From positions 41,356,001 to 41,420,000 of the forward strand of contig NC_045696.1 of the NCBI RefSeq assembly GCF_009834535.1: a DNA stretch of 64,000 nucleotides. Reading direction: 5' to 3'. Under the pieces are notes generated by a model. It was not told where the DNA came from, did not search any database, and worked only from the letters and a program-made list of their open reading frames with translations. The translations under genes and the position numbers were made by a program. This document shows, in pieces, positions 52,664 to 64,000 of this stretch (positions are counted from its first letter, which is position 1; each line of letters starts with the position of its first letter). Source of the stretch: Camelus ferus. Its lineage: Eukaryota.

Positions 52664-55600
52664 GGAACAATTTCAATGGTTTTAATGACTCTAGAAATGT
52701 GTGAGAAACGTCTGGTGCAGATTGGAGAATTCCAAATGCCTCAGGCATTTAACTTCCCATTCTCCACAACTTCTCTACAACATAACACCTTTGATCACTT
52801 TAATATATGTACTTTCACATGTGCACCCACACATGCATGCACCCAGCCACCCACCCCCGTACCCACCTTGAGTTTACTCCGACACAATGGTATCCTAGAG
52901 CTCATTTTTCTAAGAACACTTTTCCGTCTCTCCCTTTCTTTCCTTCCTCCTCTGGCCCTCATAACTTGGCAAGTCATTAAGATTCAGTCTCTTGCTCCTT
53001 CAGAGAACTCTTTTTACACTCTGGCTTCAGGAATAGCTTAGCTGTTAACTACCAAGTCGCTGGGCTTACTCTGAAATCTGCACCTCTAGTTCTGAATAGT
53101 CTCTCAGCTCCAGTCCTCCCAACTTACTGAACTACTGATGCTGTCACAGATGACACCAAATCCTAACCATCCCAATCTTCCACAAAATCCAATTTTCTGC
53201 TCTGCCTTGCCTACTTCTGCCACAGTCCTAGGCACCCAAGTCACCCTTCCAGAGTCATCTTTCATACCACACGATAAAGCTGGCATCCAACCTGGAGAAA
53301 TCTAAATGCAAAGATGCCTACGACTTGACTTCACTATCAACCGGGGATTTTGGAGCAGTGGTTCTCTCCTGAAAAGCTAAACTGGAGGAAAAACATGACA
53401 TTCCCTCTTTTTTTCTCCCTACTAAATCTTGCCCACTTTGGTCCAGGACATTCAGAACATAATACTTTTATTATAATGAAGAGACTCTTAAGGACAAACC
53501 AGATAGAGATTATGGTGTGACACCATTTAAATCACTTGAAACAGGTTGTCAGTGAATCAGTGTTTCCCAGCAATTCATACTCACCCTCTTTCCTAGCCTT
53601 TTAAAATAAGATCATTGCTTATTATTTCTAACTTACCCCATCTGTATACTATTGAATAAAATCCCAGCTCTTCCTATTGGAATTCTGATCTCTGAGAGGA
53701 AAAGGCATTTTTATCTCTGGTCTCCAAATGAATTCCTTAAGTTTTGGTAAAAATTGCCCCTCTCCCAGTTCAATTCATCTCAAAAAAAATTATTTTTAGG
53801 GTGCTGCCCATGAAGAGGGTGCTACACCACACACTGGGGATATAAAGACAACACCATCTCAACCTTGAATTACCAGTTTCTCCTGTACACAGTCAAGAAG
53901 AATTTCCATATTATCTGTCCTTTTATTTCTACAAAATACCACTTAGTTCCCCTGAGCTGCTTTTTTGCTCTAATTTTTTTCTGTTTCTCTCTTTCCATTT
54001 CCAGCTTTTAAAACCTCATCCTGCTTCCTTGATGTTGTCTTTGGTTGTTTTTTGTTTTTCACCCTTCAAATACATACTTCTTCCGAACCCTGTGTAAGGT
54101 GACCTCATCCCCCTTTGGGTAACGAAGCCGTTGTGTCTTCTGACCCTGCATAATACCCATAGTCTTAGCCCGAAAAGACCCATTCGATCTCACCCATTTT
54201 TATAATCACCAAACTCATCACTTCCCCAATCACTATCCCTCTTAATATTTCCAGATTAATAATCACACAATCCTGCTTTGTTATGTTACCTCTTCCCCCT
54301 TCCACCTCTAGCACCAAAACAGTAGAAAACTCCAGAATGTTCATGGCATAAAGGTCAGAATAAGGCTGTCCTCATAAATGGGAAAAAACAGACTATTATA
54401 AAATAAAGTTTCAGGCACAGGAGGATTAGTGCACATGCAAAAATGAGTAAGACGCTCCCCACCTTTGCTCCACAGTGATGAGGGATACTGATTCCTCGGT
54501 GTTAACTCTAACACCTGGTAAGGCTTACACCCAGAAAGTTACATGTGCAAAGGAAGAAAGGAGTTTTTTGAGGAATTCTTCTCAGAGCAGGTAATACCAC
54601 TTTTCCCCGTGGAGGAGGCTACCAGACAGTTGGAGAGACTATTGTTATATAAAGTCATGTTTGACATTTATTGGATTTAGAGGGTATAAGATTCCTCTCC
54701 AGGGAAAAGTTCATGGGGAAGGTGGGACTTCAGCTGAGCTTTGAAAATAAGAGCCAAATGACAAGCAGGACTTGGAATAGCATTTCAGGCAGAAAATGGT
54801 AGAAGCAGAATCTCATGTCAGACTCTAAACCCTGCACACAGTGACAGAAAGCAAATAGGCCAGTGTGGTTGAAATGGAAGGTTCATGTTCATAGTTACAT
54901 GGAATCTCAGAGTTGGAAAGGACCTGAAATTAAGGGCATTGATTCTTTCTGTCATGATGACATTAGACAGATACGCTGGAGCGAGACTGAGGATTAGTTC
55001 TTAGGAGGACGAGAACCTTTCTCCTTCCCAAACACTAATTTGTCTAACAAAGGCCCAGGCACAGCGATCCTAGGCAGTGCATTTCTGGTTTTTATCAGAA
55101 TACTTTCCTCTCAAACACGGCATTTACAAATATACATGAGACATCTGCCTTTTAGAAATAATTCAATGGTCATTTGCAAGACTTACTGTTATTTTCTAAC
55201 ATGGCATAATAAACCAAAACTTGGAATCAACAGTACAAACAGGAAGCTCTAACTTCAGGCCAAAAAGGCAACAATTCTGATTTTTTGGCCAAACCATAAA
55301 AAGGCTGAAGAGGGTTGGGATTTATGAAATCTTGGAATTGCCCCTTGGATAGAATTTCACTGGCTAGCCATTAGTCACAGAATCACTTCTAATCAATTTC
55401 AGGATCATGTTCACTTACACGCTTTCCCTAAATTCCCTTCATTACATTTATTTTTAGAATGACTGTTCCCTGGGAGCCTCTCTTCATTTCTTATTCTTCT
55501 CCTCTCTCCTTCGCTGCTATAATTGAAATATGAAATTTTGCAATGAAATAAATGAAGCAGTAAGAAACTGACTGTGGTACAGAATCACTTTGTCAGCCAC

Positions 55601-56696
55601 TCCCATCAAAAACATGTGATAGGAGATAAAACAAGATCTAAACAGTTCCACAGGCCTTTATATTACACGTAGACAGTCTTAGTAAATAATCAGCACTAAT
55701 TCAGCATGAAACTTTTATCCTTTTAGGGGGCAAGATATTAAGCTGCATTAGTACTTAAGGGATGAAACCCTTTTCCTCCACAATTCTGGGCCCCCATGAA
55801 AGTGCCAGATAAATCGTCATATAAATCCACAATACACAAAAACATGCGTGGAAACACCTGCCAGCAACTCTCATTATTATCAGAAACAGCAAGCATTCAC
55901 CAAGCCTGGGGCAAAAGTAAAATGCATTTGTAATTCTTTTCATTTTTTAACTTTTTTTCCCCCACAGAATCATACAGTTTGGCTGGCAAGGGAGAGGGCA
56001 GGGAAACCAGGACCTGTCTCGCCTCATCAACTCAGCAAAGGCTCTCGACAGCCACACAGAGAGCCATCAACACACGTGTCATCAGGCAGAAAGAGGTGGC
56101 GGTTGGATGCTGAGAATCCCTGCCGCATATTTCTAGCTCAAAGGGCTTGCTGTCTGCCCAAGAAAATAATAAATTCAGCTCAAGAAAGGAACAAGCTCCT
56201 GACAAAAGCACTATGCTCAGTGCATGTTACAGATGAGTGTCACCTGAGCATCATCTGAGTGGGACAGGGAACAGAACTGGCCCTAGAGGTTCTCCTTCCT
56301 TGAGGATGAGTGGACTTTTTGAAAAACAAAAATGAACTTCATGAATGACACTGCTGATCCAGTTTCCCTCTGCAAGGTGTTCACTCTGTGACCTCCCCCA
56401 TAAAAGATTCGGTAAGATTTCCATTACGTTTAACAACTTATTGGAAACCATGTTAGATGTTTGACCTATGTATTTCTGTTCTTCATAAGGTTTCAAATTA
56501 GATGTTCTCTGTTTGAATCTTCCATTATTTTGATAATTTAGAATTTTTTTCTTTTCCCAGACATCTTCTAATTAGAATCATATAACAACAACAATAATGG
56601 GTATTAGGATTAACAATACATGTGGAATCTTTTGCATCTATTGACAAGTCTGTAGGGAAAGTAGGTTTTTTTTTTTTCTTAAATCATTATAGAATC

Positions 56697-58295
56697 TCAA
56701 TCATTCATTCACTTAACAAATATTTACTGAGCATCTAGAATATGCCAAGTTCTTTTCTATGAGCTGAGAAAGTGGTCATGAATAAAACAAACAAAAAGCC
56801 ATGTTTTTCGTTGACGTCACATTCTAGTGAAAAGAGCTAGACAAGTAGTAATTAAGACATGTGATATGTCAGATGGTAGGGCAGATATCGCTGCTGTTTC
56901 TTGATAACCTGATTTCCCTCTAATTCTGGGCACAAGAAATAACTATATATTTCCATATCCTTGAAATTAATCATGACTATGTAATTAATTTTCACCCAGT
57001 AGGCTGAGGGCAAAAGGGACCTATGCCACTTCCAGAACTGCACATTAAACTGTTGGTGCAAGACCCTCCAATCCCATTCTAAACCTCCTGCAGGGAAGCA
57101 ATCAACCAGATGGAGCCTGAGCCTTGAATAACTACAAAGAGCAGGCGCCATGGCCATCATCAGTGGGCATGTAATTGAGCAAGAGGTATATTTTTGTCAT
57201 TCGAAGGCCACTGAGATTTGGGGCTTGTTTCTTGTTGAGGCATAATCTGGCTTAACCTGACTAGTATAGGGGGAGATAAATGCTGTGGGAAGAAAGCAAA
57301 TCAGGAAAGCAGTTCAGAAGGCTCAGGTAGGGAGGAAATACAGTCTTAGGTATATTTAGGAGGCTTTGCTTAAGGATAAAGACCTGAAGAAAAAGAGGAG
57401 GTCAGTCATTCAGATATCTGGGGGAGGAACATTTCAGGCTGAAGGAATACCCAGTTCAAAGGGCCAGAGAAAAAGGGACATGCATGGCCACTGTGGCTGT
57501 AGGAAGAAGAGCAAGAAGGAAACGGTAAGAAGAAAAGCCAGAGGTAACTGGGCCAGATGCACAGAGCCTTCTAGGGAGGATCTGGAACTTTATCTAAGCT
57601 GGAAAGTTATTGGAGGGTGTTGAGCAGAAGAGTGACAACATCTGACATATTTAACAGAATGACTGTGAGTGTCATGGGAGAATATCCTGAAAGGTAAAAG
57701 CAGGAGACCAGTGAGGGCACTGCAGCAATAATACAAGGGACCCACGTGAGAGATGGTGGTAGCTTGAATCAGGGTGGGAGAGCATGTGACTGAGAAAAAC
57801 AGAGAAATAAAGATTTGGGATAAATTTTGAAAGTCAAGCTGAAAATATTTGCTGGTGAATCAAACGTGAGATTCATGAGCAAAAATGGAGTTACAAATGT
57901 CTCTATTTTTTTTCAACCTTAATAATTGGAAAGACAGAGCTGTCTTTAACTGAGCTGGGAAAGACTGTAGGAGAAGCAAGCCTGGGGAAGGAGGGACTCG
58001 AGAGCTTAGTTTTAGACATGCTGACACCTCGGTGTCTACTGGAAAGTCAAGTGGAGATACTGAGCAGGGACTTGGATAAACAGGCCTGAAGTCAAGCACA
58101 TGGTCAGGGCTGGAGATAAAAATTTTCAACTTATCAGTGTTTAGATGGTATTTAAAGTCACTAGACGAGATGAGATCACTAAGGGAGTGAGAGGAGAGAA
58201 AAGAGATCCAAAGACTCAGTCCTGGGATGTTCCAATTTAAGAGATGGGTGAGATGAGAATGAATCAGCGAAGGAGACTGAGGAGTGGCCAGTGAA
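56697..58295 (-). mobile_element. L2 LINE relic interrupted by an MLT1 LTR
   Basis: tcattcattcacttaacaaatatttactgagcatcta (L2 3' end reversed)...gagcagaagagtgacaacatctgac...agttttagacatgctga...agatggtatttaaagtca. Confidence 0.85.
56885..57268 (+). mobile_element. MLT1I/J-type solo LTR
   Basis: tatgccacttccag...gagcaagag...gccactgagatttggggcttgtt...gcataatctggcttaacctgactagtata. Confidence 0.7.
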
Positions 58296-58809
58296 AAAGG
58301 AGGAAACCAGACACAGGAGGAAACTGAAGCCCAGAGATGGTAACTTACTTGCCAAAGGAGAACCAAACTTTAACTGTGATCTGAGGCCTTACTGCACACA
58401 GCTCAGCTCATGGTCTGGAAAGATTGAGATGGGACTCAGAATAATTGCATATTATTTTTTTGTGGAATATCTCATAAAAATTGTCTAAACTGAGAAATAC
58501 GTGGCTGGTGCTACAAACAATGAATGGACTAAGAAATGAAACAGAATAGAGGAAGAGAGATTGTATGAGGGAGAGAGACACAAAGCTCCAGTTGGCACCA
58601 GCATATTCTTTACAGCCTCATTCTGTGAGAGAGAACATACTTTGAGGATCTACTTCACCAGAGGGACGAGCAACTTGGTGTTCTTATCCAGGATGATTCT
58701 GCCATATCACCAATATCCTCTAGTGTACTCTGCGGGGAAAACTAATGAAAGGAGTAAGCATACCTGTAATTTTAAAACAGAAAGATAGGATAAAAGTGTT
58801 CTCCAAAAC

Positions 58810-60505
58810 ACTGAAATTATGATTAGGATGTAGAAAGCTGAACAAAACATCGCTCCCACCCTTACAACAACCAAAAGAGTACCCCTAAACAATCTTCAAA
58901 TTTGCAGGTGTTTAAAAAATAATCAAAAGAGTTGATGTTGCAGGGAAAACTGACATCTAAGGAAAAATAAGCACATCCAAGGAGAGATGCCACTAACTGC
59001 CAAAGAAGCTAGTAAGAAGAATTTGGTTAAAATTTTTAATGAATTTCTAAAGGCCGAGTGTGGATCTTCTAGAGAATACGGAACCCCTGGGAGTCACAGG
59101 CACAGGGAGAATTTGCAGCCACCTGTAGGCTCTTCTCCATGCCCCTCATGGCTGCTTACAGGAAAGACTAGAAGTAGTGAGAGGGCCCGGAGAAAGCCTC
59201 CTTTGCGGGGCAAGCCTGGGGTGGGGGTGGGGGTGGGGAGGGGGCTATAGCAGCCACCGTGGGAAAGTCAGAAAATACCACCTGGATCTTTCTCTTCTGT
59301 CTTTCCTGTGGACACAAGCCCAACTCCATGGGAGGAAAGACAACCTTGATGCTCTAAGCACAGGTGAAGAGCCACTGCATCTGGGAGAAGGGAATGGGAA
59401 TACAACCTCTATTCCTGGGAGAGGGGCAGGAATACCTCCTAGTCCCAAGCCATCAGTGATTTCCACCGTGGGTGAGGCGGACCCACCTCTACCATACAGG
59501 GCGCAGCGCCTTCCTAACACAGGATGGATAAGAACAGCAGACGGAACCCATCCAGACCCCCTAGCAACTGTCTAGTAAGCACAGACTAACAAGGACCCCA
59601 CCAGCTGAATGCTAGGGGAGCACCAAGAGCATGGAGAGAAAGCCTTTTCTGAGCTGCAGACTCAAAGAGAAGACGATAAGAAATACCCTCTGAAAAATCA
59701 GTTCTCGTTTTACAAGGTAATGCTAGAGAAATCTGAAGTCTGTGGTGCATTGGAGTAATCATGGCAACAATAGTTCAACTCATGACACAATTGTCTCAAC
59801 CTAAGGCCTAACAAAAGAAAATGCACGCTCATTTTCAGGCATAAAAACTATTTTCCTAGTCTCTACTGTCCTAGAAAGATGTTAGGTTTAAAACAAACAA
59901 ACAAACAATATGTGAGACTGTACAAAGAAAGAAGAAAAAACCACACTGTCAAGAGATCAAGCAATCCACAGAACCAGACTCTGATATAGCACACATATTG
60001 GAACTAGCAGATGGAATTTATAATAACTTTGATAAATATGTTTAAGGCTCTAGTGGAAAAGACAGGCAGTATGTATGATCAGATAATTTCAGAAGAGAAT
60101 AGTGTAAGAATGAATCAAATTGAAATGTCAGAAATGAAAAACATGGTAATCAAAAAGTAAGAAGTGAACTTTTTAAAAAGTAGAGCATCTAAGAGGAACA
60201 ATAAGAATCAGTTCAACATACATGTAATTGGAAACTCGGAAGAGAAAGAAAATTGAACAGAAAAAAATATTTGAAGAGAGAAAGAGTTGACATTTTTCTA
60301 AATCAATGATGGACACCAAACCACAAACCCAAGAATCTCAGAAACTATCACACAGAATAAATACAAACAATCACCAGAGATAGAGATAGAGACAGGGACA
60401 GAGACAGAGATAGAGATATATCTCATCTTCAAACTGCTGAAGACAAAGACAAAAACTGGGAGGCAACCAGGGCAAAAGGACCTATTACATACAGAAGAAA
60501 AAATG
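58810..60505 (+). mobile_element. Old L1 (L1MC/MD-type) 5' region and degenerate ORF1
   Basis: GC-rich 5'UTR-like part, then agaaccagactctgatat...aatatgtttaaggctctagtggaaaa...gaaaaaaatatttgaaga...ccaagaatctcagaaa. Confidence 0.6.
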
Positions 60506-61075
60506 TGTTATACAAAATGGTAAATGGAACTTTTCAGGCATGATTAAGGTTATGGACCTTGAAGTAAGGAGATTTTCATGGATTTTCTGGGTGGGCCCAA
60601 TCTAATTACATGACCTCTTAAAAGCAGAGGACTTTGTCTGGCTGGAAGCAGGACAGATGAAGTAGAAGGGGAGGTCAGAGAGATTCAAAACATGTGAAAG
60701 ACTCAACCTGTGGTTGCTGGCTTTGAAGATGAAGGAAGGGGGTCATATGACAAGGAATATGGGTGGCCCCTAGAAGCTGAGAATGACTCTCAGACAACAT
60801 CCAACAAGGAAACAGGGGCCTCAGTCCTACAACCACACGGAACTTAATTCCACCAAGAACGTGAACGAGCCTGGAAGTGGATTCCCTCTCAGGAACCTCC
60901 AGTTAACAAGTCCACAGCAGCCAACACTTTTACGTCTCCTGACACTTGGAACAGAGAAGCCAACCACACCCACCCAGACTTCCAACCTACAGAGCTGTAA
61001 GAGAATAAATTTGTGTTATTTAAAAACTGCTAAGTTTGTGGTAACTTATTGTGGCAGCCATAGAAAACTAACACA
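60505..61075 (+). mobile_element. MLT1E/F-type solo LTR
   Basis: gattaaggttatggaccttgaa...ggtgggcccaatctaattacatga...ctcagtcctacaaccac...gctaagtttgtggtaact...catagaaaactaacaca. Confidence 0.85.
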
Positions 61076-61681
61076 GTGTTTTTACATCATCCACTCAAAG
61101 GCAGGCTTCATGAACAGCAAGGCTTAGCAAAGGCAGCACTAGCACCAACTCCTCACTGCAATAAGGACGCAAAGGCCCATTCTGGCACTAAAAGGCTCTA
61201 CCCAAAGAAATATGCCTCACCCCAGCTGCCCACCATCATATTTGAGTTTCCAGTTTTGAATCAAGAATCAATCCTAGAGATAGAAGTTACTTGTGATAAT
61301 AAGAAACAGAAGACGAGTAAGGCATGGTCTATCCCAGGGCTCAGGTATAAATCATGCATATTAGGAAGTGAAGTTCACTGTCAGATAGTGTGAGGTTGGC
61401 CGCAACAAGCACCATTAAGGGACAGAGAGGGAAAGAGACATGGTAGCAGAGGATGTTTGGATACAACAGTAGGCCTAGCTGGTGGCATAGCAGGGTGAGA
61501 AGAAAATGTGAAAAGAGGGAGGAAACAGCCTAATTCACAATTAGTGGTAAAGCAAGTTATAAACCCAGATTCAGATATTATTGCCACTATTATGATGCAA
61601 AAAGTCAAACTCTCCTTTTGTAAAATTTTGTGTTTAAAAACTAAAAACTTTCTGTTTATGACATTTTCACATAAATCAGCC

Positions 61682-62694
<1,013 letters not shown>

Positions 62695-62759
62695 TTACCA
62701 TCAGTAAGTCTGTTCTACCTGCCAAATCATTGATTTGAGACTATATATAAAAAATCTTT

Positions 62760-63265
62760 GGACATCAATGGTCTAAATAAGAGAGATCATCACAGTGGAT
62801 CAAGAACAAGACCCAGCTATATGTCATCTATAAGGAACCCATTTTAAATGTAAAGCTACATATGGATTAAATGGGTTCTATAAGGAACCCATTTTAAATG
62901 TAAAGCTACATATGGATTAAAAGTAAATGGATAGAGAAAGATATATCATGTTAACACTAATCAAAAGAAAGCAGAAGTAGCTATATTAAATTCAGACAGA
63001 GCAGACTTCAAAGCAAGGAATTTTATTAGGAATAAAGAGGGACATTACATATTGAAAAAGGGGTCAATTCTCTAAGAAGATATAACACTCCTCAACATAT
63101 ATGTGCCTAACAGCACAGGGTCAAACTGTGTGAGGCAAAAATTGACAGAACATCAAGGAGATGTAGATTAATAATCCACATCAGAGTTAGAGACCTCAAC
63201 ACTTCAACAACCCTCTATCAGAAATGGACAGATTTAGCAGGCAAAAAATCTGTAAGGACATAGTT
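62760..63265 (+). mobile_element. Old L1 ORF2 endonuclease-region relic
   Basis: aatggtctaaata...caagacccagctatatg...acactaatcaaaagaaagcagaagtagctatattaa...gataaagagggacattacat. Confidence 0.8.
62827..62921. repeat. Perfect 45-bp direct duplication with a 5-bp spacer
   Basis: tctataaggaacccattttaaatgtaaagctacatatggattaaa at 62827-62871 and 62877-62921. Confidence 0.95.
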
Positions 63266-63269
63266 GCTC

Positions 63270-63730
63270 CCTGTAAGGTCAGCAGTGACTGTATTTTCTA
63301 GGTCACAAGATTCTCATCTTACTACAGCTTTAGCAGCATCACATAATGTTGATCACACTCTCCTTCAAACAATTCTTCTAGTTCTGTGACTACTCTTTTT
63401 TGTGTCTTTGTAATCTCAAACTTCTCTACCTGCTCGTTAAATATTGGAGGATTTTGAGCCTCATTCTGAAAGCCTTTTCACAGTAATTTTATTCATTTCT
63501 ATGATCTGAACTGTCATTGACACACTGATGATTCCTAGTTTATAACTTTAATCCAGACTTGTCACTGAGTCTAGATCCATATGTGAAACTGTCTACTCAA
63601 CACTCTTCACTCAGATGACTCAAAGTCATCTCAGATTCCACATGCCTAAAACTGAACCCATGTTCTTAGCCTTATAACTGACTCTTTTCAAGTATTTGTT
63701 CTCTGATGGAATGACCGTTATCCTTATCAT
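63270..63730 (+). mobile_element. L2 relic
   Basis: gttgatcacactctccttc...ctgatgattcctagttta...ccagacttgtcactgagtctaga...catgcctaaaactgaac. Confidence 0.65.
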
Positions 63731-63739
63731 GATGGCGTT

Positions 63740-63940
63740 CATGCATTGTTTAGATACATTAACTCATTTAATCCTCACTACAATTCTCTGATATGGTGAC
63801 TAGTGCCATCCCCATCTCAAAGGTGAGACAGAGTAGTTAAGGGATCAGCTAAAGACCACCCATTAGTACCCAAGTAGCAGAGCTGGGATTGAAAACACAG
63901 GCAAGGTTAGGGTACATGTTCTCAACCACTACATTGTGCT
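63740..63940. mobile_element. MIR SINE
   Basis: ctcatttaatcctcactacaattctctga...atccccat...gcagagctgggattgaaa. Confidence 0.7.
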
Positions 63941-64000
63941 CACGATAGGTACAGGCTAGGAAACTGGTAGTCAGTCTTTAATGCTTTCTTCTTTTCTCCC

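Noticed and set aside
53637..53691. Exon-like segment on the minus strand (ttttcctctcag| ... ggg|gtaagt)
   Set aside because: 55 bp, frame-shifting, gives a stop on joining exon 2 and has no known protein match; such pseudo-exons are common in long introns

Overview
Mammalian genomic DNA, most likely a camelid (four tRNA-Ala-derived Vic-1-type SINEs, young artiodactyl-type L1 3' ends, no ruminant Bov-A/BovB or pig PRE-1 recognised). The whole window appears to lie inside the minus-strand gene ABI3BP (TARSH/NESH-binding protein). It holds three coding exons with canonical AG/GT ends: exon 2 (34183-34361), exon 3 (11958-12026) and exon 4 (6471-6603, start of the first FN3 domain). Exon 1 and exon 5 were not found and presumably lie outside. 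The rest is intron filled with L1, L2, MIR, LTR and DNA-transposon relics and microsatellites. Most notable: (1) exon 2 is 179 bp, with a 1-bp deletion in a short A-run that frameshifts to a TAG, so it is either an assembly error or a null allele; (2) a tail-less, inverted L1 RT fragment with a perfect 16-bp TSD sits next to the exon 3 donor and in frame with exon 3; (3) a ~1-kb composite retroposed segment is nested in a young L1 fragment; (4) a probable short L1 3' transduction; (5) a 45-bp duplication with an inverted templated junction. No prokaryotic-type or clearly new biological system is supported. Repeat family names and the comparison to human ABI3BP come from recalled consensus sequences, not from a search, and old-repeat boundaries are approximate.
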